NCBI GenBank assembly: GCA_016186645.1
Contig: JACPLF010000005.1
Location: 109,995 to 173,994, forward strand
Source: Candidatus Levyibacteriota bacterium
GTDB lineage: Bacteria; Patescibacteriota; Microgenomatia; Levybacterales; UBA12049
DNA length: 64,000 nucleotides
Direction: 5' to 3'
Below the pieces are notes generated by a model. It saw only the letters and a program-made list of their open reading frames with translations, was not told where the DNA came from and did no database searches. Position numbers and translations under genes: made by a program. This document shows positions 18,577 through 28,400 of the stretch, piece by piece; the first letter of the stretch is position 1, and each line of letters begins with the position of its first letter.

Positions 18577-18876
18577 TTAAGGCTTGACTGGCGGTCTTGA
18601 GAGTTTCGGTGGTGGGTTTTCAATTACTTCGACTAATTTTTCTCTTGGTGGTGGATTAACTTTGCCTCCTGATCCAGAAAATGGATGCAAGCCTTCTGGG
18701 TTAAAGTTTGTATGTGGTTCTGTGACCGTTAGAGGCTTTTTGTCACGAAGACGTTCTATTTCTTTGTCTCTTCTTCTTCTGGCTTCTGCAGCTCTGTCAG
18801 CTCTTTCTGCCCTTTCTCTTTCTTCTCTTCTTGCAATTTCTGCAACTTTGTCGCTTCTAAGCGTGTATTCTGACAT
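18577..18876 (-). CDS. Hypothetical Arg/Glu-rich protein (99 aa)
   Basis: ORF within the ~1-kb segment bracketed by the duplicated rho 3' end. Confidence 0.35.
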   Translation of the reverse strand: MSEYTLRSDKVAEIARREERERAERADRAAEARRRRDKEIERLRDKKPLTVTEPHTNFNPEGLHPFSGSGGKVNPPPREKLVEVIENPPPKLSRPPVKP

Positions 18877-18986
18877 ATCTTAACTTTATTATAAACTTTT
18901 TTGTCTTTTTGTCAAGCAATGAATTTTTTAGGCCATTTACATTTGTAGGCATTTAACCATTAACAGCGATCGCAGTGTCCAGTTAA

Positions 18987-19322
18987 ATGGCTGGAGAGAC
19001 TGGTGGAGAAATAAACAAAAAAACTACTATACTTTTTGCAGCCATGCTGCATAATACAATTATGAAGAAACAAACAGCGCATTTTCAAGTTATCAATAGG
19101 GGAATTGTTTTTTATTTTACAAAAGAGCCTAAAGGAGGATATGCAGTAGTTGTTCCTTCCTTACCAGGATGTGTTTCATATGGTAAAAATTTTGAGGAGG
19201 CAATGAGAATGATAAAAGATGCTATGCAAGGCTATTTGGCAATCGTAAAAGAAGAAGGACTTTTAATTCCCCAAGAAATAGAAGAAAATAAAGGAAATGC
19301 GGGCTTTGGTCTTGCCTTCTAA
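18987..19322 (+). CDS. hicB: HicB-family antitoxin (UPF0150)
   Basis: GGYAVVVPSLPGCVSYGKNFEEAMRMIKDAMQGYL matches the HicB fold. The true start may be the internal ATG at about 19064. Confidence 0.6.
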   Translation: MAGETGGEINKKTTILFAAMLHNTIMKKQTAHFQVINRGIVFYFTKEPKGGYAVVVPSLPGCVSYGKNFEEAMRMIKDAMQGYLAIVKEEGLLIPQEIEENKGNAGFGLAF

Positions 19323-19429
19323 TGCCAAACTTACCATCTTTAAAACCACGGGAGATTGCTAAACTTCGAGCAATTATTCGCGAAGCGCAATTAACACTGG
19401 ATGACATAGCGAAGTTTTTGAAAAATTAA
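19322..19429 (+). pseudogene. Truncated HicA-like toxin remnant (35 aa, MPNLPSLKPREIAKL...)
   Basis: Its start overlaps the hicB stop (TAATG). Only the N-terminal HicA-like segment is retained. Confidence 0.35.
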
Positions 19430-19599
19430 TCAAATTTATCTCCCAAACAACTCTTCTTACCAAAAGAACTTTTGCCGAGAAACTAGGCATTTGCAGAGTT
19501 TACCTAGATGCTAAGGAAATTGTAGATTGATTTATATCAAACGAAGAATTCCTCGAGAGTCTGGGAAAAGGCTAATTACAGAGAATTAAGATTTACGAT

Positions 19600-19974
19600 T
19601 TAAGAATTAAGAATAGATTTTGTCTTCTGAATAAACCCTTGTAATAATTGATGAGTAAAATTTGCCTGTTTAACTAGATCATCTAAGTCTTTTTTGTTGA
19701 GATATCCCACACCTCTAGCAATAAGAATAAAATTCTTAAGTTCTGTTAATGATCCTTGAGCAGTAAAATAAAATTGAAGTTTTTCTTTATATGAATGTCT
19801 GCCAAAACCCTCTGCGATATTTGCTGTTATTGATGCCGCCGATCTTCTCATCTGATCGATCAAAGAATACATCTCTTGTTTCGGAAAGCCTTGTGTAATT
19901 TTATAAACAAGCAGTACTAATTTATGGCCTTCCTGCCAGACTTTCAAGTCTGTAAAAGACTTAATAGTGCTCAT
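19600..19974 (-). CDS. Four-helix-bundle protein (23S rRNA IVS protein / S23-like family)
   Basis: DLKVWQ...QMRRSAASITANIAEGFGR...AQGSLTEL matches the family signature. It is flanked by inverted 'gatttaagaat' repeats. Confidence 0.7.
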   Translation of the reverse strand: MSTIKSFTDLKVWQEGHKLVLLVYKITQGFPKQEMYSLIDQMRRSAASITANIAEGFGRHSYKEKLQFYFTAQGSLTELKNFILIARGVGYLNKKDLDDLVKQANFTHQLLQGFIQKTKSILNS

Positions 19975-20054
19975 TCTTAAATCTTACATCATAATTCTTA
20001 AATCTCCAAAAAGTTGCTTTTTGGATCCCTTTTTGCTACCATTTTTTCTCAACC

Positions 20055-21164
20055 ATGATTAAACCCTCCCTTAGTTTTTTAGGCGCAAGTATCACAGATT
20101 TCTCTAAATTCTGTCAGTTTTTCTTCTCATATTTAAAGAAAAAAGTCATTATATTATCGCGAATTTTCGAGTCATACAAAAATACTCTAGTTAAATTATT
20201 TACCATCAAAAGAGGCCGATACAACAGGCCATTTATGCATGTTGCGGCAATGGGAGTTTTGGGAATCGGCGTTATTTTATCTCCGTTTTTGGCAGATACT
20301 TACCCAATATTTTCAGGGGATAAGGCAAATGCTTTACAAATCAGTTCTCCATCAGGTCCTGAATCGATTGCAGTAGATAGCGATGTTTTCCAAACAAGTA
20401 TTTCTCTAAAACCAAGAGACAAAATTCTAGATTATACTGTTGAAAGGGGAGACACTCTTTCAACAATTGCGGAGAAATTTGGAATTTCGGTTGAGACCAT
20501 CCGTTGGGCAAATGATTTGACCAATGACAACATTGCTGTTGGAGACAGTCTCAAAATCCTTCCGGTCACAGGTATTGCACACAAAGTTGCCAAAGGGGAA
20601 TCGGTCTATTCTATCGCGAAAAAATTGGATTCGGATGCCCAAAAAATAGTTGACTTTCCATTCAATGATTTTGCAAATCCTGAAACATTTTCTTTGGTGG
20701 AAGGACAGATATTAATAGTACCAGACGGTGTGAAGCCTGCAGAACAGCCGACCTTCAGGCGTCAAGTCTTTATTGCTTCAGGTCCGGTTTCAATTTCGGG
20801 TCTAGGTTTCACATGGCCGGCTCACGGAATCGTGAGTCAGTTTGCTGCTTGGTACCACATGGCTATAGATATTGCTGCGTCAATTGGCACACCTATTGTG
20901 GCAGCCCAAAATGGAGTGGTGGAAAGCGTAAATGTTGGGACATGGGATGGCGGTTATGGAACAAGCGTCTATGTTAGGAATGGAGATGTTCAGACCCACT
21001 ACGCTCATCTTGGGGGAATAAATGTATCTGTTGGGCAATCGGTTTCTGCCGGAGCAACAGTCTTAGGATGGATTGGAATGACAGGAAGAACCACAGGTCC
21101 TCATGTTCATTTTGAGATTATCAAAAACGGCGTTCTGGTTAACCCACTACCGTATCTTCAGTAG
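20055..21164 (+). CDS. LysM-domain M23 family peptidase
   Basis: Two LysM repeats (DYTVERGDTLSTIAEKFGI...) and the M23 motifs HMAIDIA...HYAHL...GPHVHFEI. Confidence 0.75.
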   Translation: MIKPSLSFLGASITDFSKFCQFFFSYLKKKVIILSRIFESYKNTLVKLFTIKRGRYNRPFMHVAAMGVLGIGVILSPFLADTYPIFSGDKANALQISSPSGPESIAVDSDVFQTSISLKPRDKILDYTVERGDTLSTIAEKFGISVETIRWANDLTNDNIAVGDSLKILPVTGIAHKVAKGESVYSIAKKLDSDAQKIVDFPFNDFANPETFSLVEGQILIVPDGVKPAEQPTFRRQVFIASGPVSISGLGFTWPAHGIVSQFAAWYHMAIDIAASIGTPIVAAQNGVVESVNVGTWDGGYGTSVYVRNGDVQTHYAHLGGINVSVGQSVSAGATVLGWIGMTGRTTGPHVHFEIIKNGVLVNPLPYLQ

Positions 21165-21256
21165 AATATAACAATTATTATTGTTATAATGTTTATAATT
21201 TTCGGGCCGTTCGCACAGTGGTAATGCACTGCATTCGCACCTGCCCGACTTTGACT

Positions 21257-21330
21257 GGGCTCGTAGTTAAGTGGCAAAACGATGCATTCGCATTGCATAG
21301 GCGAGGGTTCGATTCCCTCCGAGTCCACCA
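21257..21330 (+). tRNA. tRNA-Ala (anticodon CGC), CCA encoded
   Basis: Acceptor stem gggctcg/cgagtcc with G3:U70. Anticodon loop ttcgcat. Confidence 0.75.
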
Positions 21331-21434
21331 AGGAAAATGAAAAGTTCAAAATGCAAAATTAAAAATTGCAATTCAAAACTTAAAATTTTGGACTATAGCT
21401 TTTCACTTTTAATTTTGAATTTTAAATTTATTCT

Positions 21435-21507
21435 GGGCCCGTAGCGTAACGGCTATCGCGTTTTCATGGCATGAAAAAGATTAGGGGTTCGATTCCCCTC
21501 GGGTCCA
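21435..21507 (+). tRNA. tRNA-Ala (anticodon GGC), no encoded CCA
   Basis: Acceptor stem gggcccg/cgggtcc with G3:U70. Anticodon loop atggcat. T-arm ggggttcgattcccc. Confidence 0.75.
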
Positions 21508-21521
21508 CAAAGGGTAAAGCT

Positions 21522-21746
21522 TCAATAGAAGAATTTTATTATTGTTGCTCCAACAAAAATCAGGCTTAATATAGAGATTATAGTAATGGCAAAAAGGATT
21601 TTTTCAGAAATACCAGGCAGGGGAATTCTGAGTTCGCCTGTAGTTTTTTTAAGGTCTTTCCTGTAGAGCCAGCTATAAATAGCTATGATAATAAGTACAA
21701 AAAATGCTACTATGTATAAAATTAAAATTATTCTTGCATATTCCAT
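21522..21746 (-). CDS. Small two-TM membrane protein
   Basis: 74-aa ORF with two hydrophobic helices. Confidence 0.4.
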   Translation of the reverse strand: MEYARIILILYIVAFFVLIIIAIYSWLYRKDLKKTTGELRIPLPGISEKILFAITIISILSLIFVGATIIKFFY

Positions 21747-21750
21747 AAAA

Positions 21751-22407
21751 TTAGGCTAATCTTACTGACTCTCCGGGAAATATCTCCTCTATAAACCTAA
21801 GACGATTGTCTTTATCTTTTGTTCGAACCCACACAGGGGATTCTATATTGTCAATTCTTGCTTGGTCTAATTGTTCTGTCAATAAAAATCCTACAGATTT
21901 TGGGTCTTTTATGCTATGCATGTAAAACTCCTGTTGATGTGTGGGTCTGTCAAAAGTTACTATAACAGATCCAATGTCTAGTAATTGAGCAAGCATGCCT
22001 TCCATCTCTACGTCTATCTCGGTTGATTTTACTTGATTTATAATTACGTTATTCATATTTTTTGAAAATAAAGGTTTGTACGTAATTTCCATAATTCTTC
22101 GTGATGTGAGTACGTAAAAATGACAATACCAATCAGCTAGAAATTTAATAACAGTATTGATATATACCATTAAAACTATCAAAAGCGTTATGATAAACAA
22201 TAATAAATCGTTAAAAATCTGAAAGAAAAAATAGCTAATGAAAAATATGGCGGCAAAGAAAATAAGAGTAGCAAAACTTAATGGCTGAACAAGAAGATAC
22301 CAATGATTTCTTTTTCTCAGTAATAGAGTTTCTTTTGGTAATACTTTAGATGGATCATTGACCCATCGAGTAAGCGCTCTAGTTTTCTGCATTTTTACCC
22401 TCCCCAT
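21751..22407 (-). CDS. Membrane-anchored bacterial PH-domain protein (YdbS/YdbT-like)
   Basis: N-terminal TM hairpin followed by a soluble domain. The family assignment is tentative. Confidence 0.4.
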   Translation of the reverse strand: MGRVKMQKTRALTRWVNDPSKVLPKETLLLRKRNHWYLLVQPLSFATLIFFAAIFFISYFFFQIFNDLLLFIITLLIVLMVYINTVIKFLADWYCHFYVLTSRRIMEITYKPLFSKNMNNVIINQVKSTEIDVEMEGMLAQLLDIGSVIVTFDRPTHQQEFYMHSIKDPKSVGFLLTEQLDQARIDNIESPVWVRTKDKDNRLRFIEEIFPGESVRLA

Positions 22408-22764
22408 TTAATAAAAATTATAAATGCGAGCTGCCTTGGGCATGCATAAACTATGCTTTTGCGAGTTCACAATATAGCTTATTTTAAGCGTATGCAGTAA
22501 TCTATGTTACAAAATTTGCCTCTTGCTATTTTGTTTTTGACTGCGTATAATTGCAATATATTAATCCATCCTCCTTTCTCTAGATCCCCCAGTACCAGTC
22601 GGTACCGGGCTACGTAGAAAATGGTAGGGGGAATTTAGAGATTCTAATGATAAGCAAAGTTTCAACAATCAAATCGAAAACAGATTGTTTTTCCTGTAGA
22701 AAATTATATATGGCGAACCCTACTTCGCCAAGGCTTCGTAGGGCGAGGGGGGGTGAAAAATAAA

Positions 22765-23064
22765 ATGGCAAATTTTCAAGATCAAAACTTAACATGCCGC
22801 GATTGCGGTAAACCTTTTACCTGGACAGCTTCAGAGCAAGAATTCTATCAGAGTAAAGGCTTTCAAAATGCACCAGTTAGATGCCCAGCATGCCGTGCAT
22901 TGAAAAAGGCTCGTATGGATGGAAATCGAGGAGCGTCTTCCGGACAATCCTTTCCGATAACTTGCGCAAACTGCGGCAAGAGCGATACAGTGCCTTTCGA
23001 ACCGAAAGGAGACAGACCAGTCCTTTGTAAAGACTGTTTTAGAAAACAAAGACAATCTGCATAA
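22765..23064 (+). CDS. Tandem zinc-ribbon protein (zf-trcl-like CxxC...CxxC, two copies)
   Basis: CRDCGKPFTWTASEQEFYQSKGFQNAPVRCPACR, then CANCGKSD...CKDCF. A GGGGGGTGA SD-like sequence lies upstream. Confidence 0.55.
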   Translation: MANFQDQNLTCRDCGKPFTWTASEQEFYQSKGFQNAPVRCPACRALKKARMDGNRGASSGQSFPITCANCGKSDTVPFEPKGDRPVLCKDCFRKQRQSA

Positions 23065-23132
23065 GATATCTTTGGTATCGAAAGTATCACGCGGATATCT
23101 TGTCTTTTGTGATACTTTTGGTATTCCTTGAA

Positions 23133-25229
23133 TTATCTGGAAGATTCGGTTGCAACATTGGGCGGGGGAATTTTAACGGGCGGATTTTGTGGAGGCAGCT
23201 GTGCTTGCGGTTCCTCTATATTGAGTGCCTGTTGATCAACATTAGCCGAACTTCCGCCAGCTTGAAGAGCTGATATCTCTTTCTCTATTTGTTCCAGGCT
23301 TGCCTTGTCCTGAGCAACCAGACTTCTTACTATCTGATATTGCACCAAAGCATTTTCTTTGTCACCCTTTTGTTCCAAGACATGGCCTAGATTGTAATGT
23401 GAATTAGCATAATCTGGTTTGAGAGCTATGGCGATCTGGAACTGACTTTGAGCATTATCCCATTGCCCAAGTTGATAATGAATTCCTCCCAAACTTATAT
23501 ATTGCTGTGGATTATTTGGGTCAAGATTTATGCTTTGCTGGGCTGTTGTGATTGCAAAACTTTCCGCATTTTGTCCAAAACCAATAAGACCCCTATAAAT
23601 GGATGACAAGTTCTGCCAGTTAAGATATGTTTGAGGAGCAATGGTTGTTGCAGTCCGTGCGGAGTTGATAGACTGCTGTATTAAAGTAGTTATGTTCTGC
23701 TGGATTTGCGCGCTTGGAGAAGCCCCTCTTGGTTGTTGAGAAGCCAATGTGTTTGCCAATGCCAAATTCGTTTGAGAAAAGACTCGATAGAACCCATCTC
23801 TATATGGGAATGTTGAAATGGCTTGTGCTTGTTTCTCATAAGTTAGAGATCCATTATTTTGGCTTGCTGCAACAAGAGATTTTTGGAAAGTAATATCCGA
23901 AATTGCGTACTGCATGCCTAAATATCCTATCCATGCAGCAATCAAGATTATTAGCGTAGCAATTGCGGATGGCAAGATCAAGCTTTTTTCATTTTTAGAA
24001 TGAGGCGCTTCCATTGCAATAAGTCCTTTTTTGAGCGCAACCAGCTGAAGTTCAATGTCAAAGAATCTGTCCTGAGCCTTGGTTATCAGACCTTGATTTG
24101 CTGCAAAAAGTCCCAGGATAATGAGAAATAATGTTTGCGTAACAAAGCCCAAAGGCAAAAGTAAAGACAATATCAATAGGGAGACAAGAGAGACAAGCAT
24201 CTTATTTTGAGGAACAGAACGAATTTCTTTTGTTGCTCTAATTAATAAGAATATGAATGCACACAAACCTAGCACTCCTGTTGTCGCCAAAAGCTCAAGG
24301 GCGAAGTTGCTGCTTCTAAAGAAAGTCAGATTCCATAAGTCATTATTTTGATTAAACGCTGCCTGTTTCCATCTGGAAAAATCAACAGCATATGTTCCGA
24401 ATCCCGATCCCAAAAGAAAACCTTGTACTATTCGGCCTGAATCCAAAGATATTTCTGAGAAAGCAGTCTGAAATCCCGTTTCAATAGGAAGAATAGGAGG
24501 CTTATCCAATGTGAAAAGCGCATAAGTGGTTACAATTATGCCCAAAAGAATAATAAAAGATGCTGCTCCAAAACTAACAGCTTTTGCCGTTGCTTGATTA
24601 GTTGTTTTATTTGCTTCCAAAGAATAATCTTGTTCTTGTACGCGAGCTTTTGATCTAAAAAATCTCCATAAATAATAAAAAGATATACTAAAGGCAGCTA
24701 TAAGGTAAATTTCCTGTTCCAATTCCGAGCCTAAAGGAGTAAAAGTTTGGCTATGGGTTGCCGGAAAGGGCAATATATATATCTTAAAAAACGACAATAC
24801 GCTTAATAAAGAAAGTAAAACTGCGCCGATCATAAGAGAAAACATCAGAAAAAGAAGTGAGTTTTTGTCTTTTACTATATTTACAATAAGAAAAAATCCC
24901 AATATTCCCAAAAAGTAGGGAACAAATGCTGTTAGGGAATCAGCTCTATTTATAGCAAAAATGCCTGATAGGAAAGAAAAAATCGTCAGCAAAACAATTG
25001 GAATATCAAAAGATGTTCTTCTCAATTTTACTGATTTTTCCGTGAGCATTTTTATTACCTGAAGGATAAGAAGAACGATTACGACTGCGCCTAACAACAT
25101 TTGCTTGGGAAGAACAATCGGGTTGGTGGTAATTGTTGTGAAGATAACAGGAAACGCCATGAAAAGAACTCCAAGCAAAAAAAGAGAAAGGTTTTGGATG
25201 TAACTGAGGATTTCGTTTTTCTGTTCCAT
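23133..25229 (-). CDS. O-antigen ligase-like polytopic membrane protein with C-terminal TPR repeats
   Basis: More than 10 TM helices with a Wzy_C-like segment, then TPR repeats (YISLGGIHYQLGQWDNAQSQFQIAIALKPDYANSHYNLGH...). Confidence 0.55.
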   Translation of the reverse strand: MEQKNEILSYIQNLSLFLLGVLFMAFPVIFTTITTNPIVLPKQMLLGAVVIVLLILQVIKMLTEKSVKLRRTSFDIPIVLLTIFSFLSGIFAINRADSLTAFVPYFLGILGFFLIVNIVKDKNSLLFLMFSLMIGAVLLSLLSVLSFFKIYILPFPATHSQTFTPLGSELEQEIYLIAAFSISFYYLWRFFRSKARVQEQDYSLEANKTTNQATAKAVSFGAASFIILLGIIVTTYALFTLDKPPILPIETGFQTAFSEISLDSGRIVQGFLLGSGFGTYAVDFSRWKQAAFNQNNDLWNLTFFRSSNFALELLATTGVLGLCAFIFLLIRATKEIRSVPQNKMLVSLVSLLILSLLLPLGFVTQTLFLIILGLFAANQGLITKAQDRFFDIELQLVALKKGLIAMEAPHSKNEKSLILPSAIATLIILIAAWIGYLGMQYAISDITFQKSLVAASQNNGSLTYEKQAQAISTFPYRDGFYRVFSQTNLALANTLASQQPRGASPSAQIQQNITTLIQQSINSARTATTIAPQTYLNWQNLSSIYRGLIGFGQNAESFAITTAQQSINLDPNNPQQYISLGGIHYQLGQWDNAQSQFQIAIALKPDYANSHYNLGHVLEQKGDKENALVQYQIVRSLVAQDKASLEQIEKEISALQAGGSSANVDQQALNIEEPQAQLPPQNPPVKIPPPNVATESSR

Positions 25230-25464
25230 TAACTTAGGTTAACAAGCTCTATGGATAATGTCAACCCCTCAATTTTATTCGGGGTTAACCCTGAGTGTTC
25301 CTCTTGGTACCTACGGCTTGCCGAATGGGTCAAGGAGAAAAAATTGAAATTTTAGGGTCAATTTTTTCGACGAAGACCCCGCCTAAGCGCTCTTCGAGCC
25401 GTATTCGAATAGAATTGAAAAGGCGAGAAGTAAGCTTGTGTGGGGTCAAGGAGAAAAATCCTTA

Positions 25465-28400
25465 TTAGTTCACAATAAGCCAGTTGAAAGGGATTGGGTT
25501 TTTGTTGGGGGATTGGACGCCGACAGTAAACTCCGCAGGTAATTGGCGCATTAAAAATGGCGATTGAGCGCTGGGCGTTCCCACAGGAGTTATATAAATG
25601 ACTGACTCGTTGGTTACAAGAGCGTTTTTGATAGTAAGTTCTGCGTAATAGGGAGCGATATTAGCAACCCCTGCTGAAGAACTTGCTATTGCCTCTGTTG
25701 CAGAAACAGCCAATACAGGCTGGACAAGGCTGAAGTTAAGTTTTGCAAAAGTACCGGAACCTGAGGAAATTAAATCGCCCTTTTGATTTATAGATAAAAC
25801 ACCAGACCCGCTTGCATTATTTACAACCAGATCTGAAGTCGGGAGAGGAGAAATAATATTTACAGCAAGTTTGCCTAAAACAGTTAAATCTCCTTGAGTC
25901 GAAATATTTCCGTGGGTATCAATATAAACAAGTCCTCCCATAATTGAAAGTCCGCCTTGCCTTAAGCTTTGCAAAGATAAATCAGTTCCTAATGTTTCTA
26001 TAGAATTTTGCGTAATAAACATTGTTCCTCCTATTGAAATATTTCCTACGACTGAAAGATCGGATAGAGATGTTGATCCAAATACCATAAGTCCTTGATT
26101 GAAAAGTGCCTGTTCTGCTTGAAGATTAGGTACATAAGCAATTTGAGCCGAGAAAGATGCGACATCTATGTAGTTAGATGAGAGATGAGATGTTAGAAAT
26201 GAAAAAGCTCTTAATGTGCCGCTTATTGATGCATTTTCAAACTGACCGTCAAGAGCTGATAACTGACCGCTGAATGATGCATCGCCTTCATTATTAATAG
26301 TAGTGATTGCAGAGCCGCTTGAGTTTTGAATTATGAATTGTGAATCATGAATCTCTGCCGATGGTGTTGCCAATTTGACGATTAATGATTTACCTAGAGG
26401 TGAAATAATATTGGCTGAGACCTGATCAGTTCTTATAATCGGAGAAATTATTCCTGCTTGCCCCCCGAAGTCTTGACGAAGGGGGGATTCTTGAATCACG
26501 TCAACAATATAATCCCTTAGATTCTGGCCGTTAACTATTATATTATCCGAGGTAACAATCAGTGAGTTTGCAATTATTTCTTGAGCGTTAAGAAGGCCGG
26601 TTTTAATATTAGCAGCTACAACTTTAAAAAATCCTCCGACATTACTTAAAGTTTCATTTTGAGAATCAACAGAATAGCCATTGGATCCTGTTTTATGAAT
26701 AATCAGGTCGCCATTATTAGCTAAATACGCGCCCGGATCAAACCAGGAGATATTTGCAAAAGTATTGATCTTTACAATCTTAATGATGTTTGGTTTTAAC
26801 GGAACATTAGGAAAGCCATCCTTGCTTCTATACTCTTTGCTATCAGGATCATAGAAGCCTACTACTTTTCCCTCATCTATAATGTCTAAATTTTCCAAAG
26901 CCTTTCCGACAATTTGTCCTGCTTTTGTTGCTTTTACTGCTACTCCGGGGATATCAGATGATGCTAACGCATCGCCGGCTTTAATCGTTCCGTTAGAGAT
27001 AGAGACGAGAGTATCAACTTGTCCGATAAGACCAACTGCTATTGAGCTATCACCAAGATTTTCTCCTCCCAGAAATGCTGGTCGCTCGGATGCAATACCC
27101 AAAATTTTACCATTATTATTATCACATGGAACAACAAAGCCATTATTTAGACAGACAACAGAGCCAAATTCTATTTTTAGATATTTATCTTTTTTGAAGT
27201 ATTCAGCAAAGTCAGCGACACCGGATGTTGCATAAGTCACGCCTTTCCCGCCACTTCCTTGAATAGATCCGACAATTCCAATTCCTGCTGTTTGAAAGCT
27301 CACAAAGTGATTTGTGCTGGCAACTGCGGTAGTTGAAGTATTGCCCAGTTTTATAACAAGACCATCCGCATCTGTTCCAGAACTTGTATTGTAAATTTGA
27401 GCAGCAGCGGTTGCTGATTGAGAATCTTGAATGTCTAGTTTTGATAATGGTGTCGTTGTTCCAATTCCTACGTTTCCCGTATTGATCCATGAATTATTTC
27501 CGCTAGTTCCGCTAAACTTAATCAAAGCAGAAGAAGTAGCAGTTGCTCCTAGTAGGATATCATCTGATATATTGGTTGGGCTGAGCGCAGCCGAAGCCCT
27601 TTGCCACGGTCCAAATGTTCCTGTTGAGGCAGAATATATGTTGTCAATATAAGCATTGTCCCAAGGCAGAGAAGCAGACCCTAGATTATTGGTTCCGCTT
27701 GTTCCGATCGGAACAAGACTTGAATCTTGTGCGACTCGACCGGTGAAGGTAATAGTGTCAGTGGCTGCATCTCCCAGCGTAACGCTTCCCTGTATATTGG
27801 CTGTTGCATTTCTTATAGTTATGGTGCCTGTTGACGCTCCAAGAACGAGTGTTGTTGCTGCTCCTCCAACATTTAAGGTAGTAACAGTTGAATTCAGAAG
27901 GTTGAAAGTTGTGGCTGTACTTGTCATATCTCCGCCGTTTATTCCAAGATCTCCGGCAAACAATCCAGCCCCATCGCTTTCAACACCAAATTTGGCAATA
28001 CCGGATGTACTGGCGCTAATCAGACTCCCTATTGAATTCTGATTGATATGAAAGGCTGATTGTGCACTTGTTGTTGCCAGTATAGCCACGTTATCATCGA
28101 ACTCTACCGCCCCTTTCATAAATGATACGTTGCTATTGTTTGTGCTATTCTGAATGGGTTTTGAAAGATCTATTTTTCCGACACCATCAGGCACGATTTC
28201 CACCCTGCTATTACTGCCTGGGACTGTTGTCAAAGACAATATGCTTCCGGAAAGCACGAATTGGCCGCCGATGGTCTGAAAAGTGTGCGCTTTTGAGCCT
28301 GCAATGCTAAGATTGCCCGAGGAATCCAAAGCCAAGACGACATTACTTACTTTGGTTGAATTTGTGATGGGTTCAAGTCCTTGTAATGTTTCAGCATTAC

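Noticed and set aside
18584-18883. Plus-strand ORF antisense to the Arg-rich gene
   Set aside because: Low-complexity mirror translation (SLSLLLLASAALSALSALSLSSLL). The minus-strand ORF has a more protein-like composition.
26882-28310. Several 60-130 aa plus-strand ORFs inside the giant gene
   Set aside because: They are antisense to a continuous 1475-aa ORF with coherent domain structure. They are typical shadow ORFs of a repetitive Ser/Thr-rich gene.
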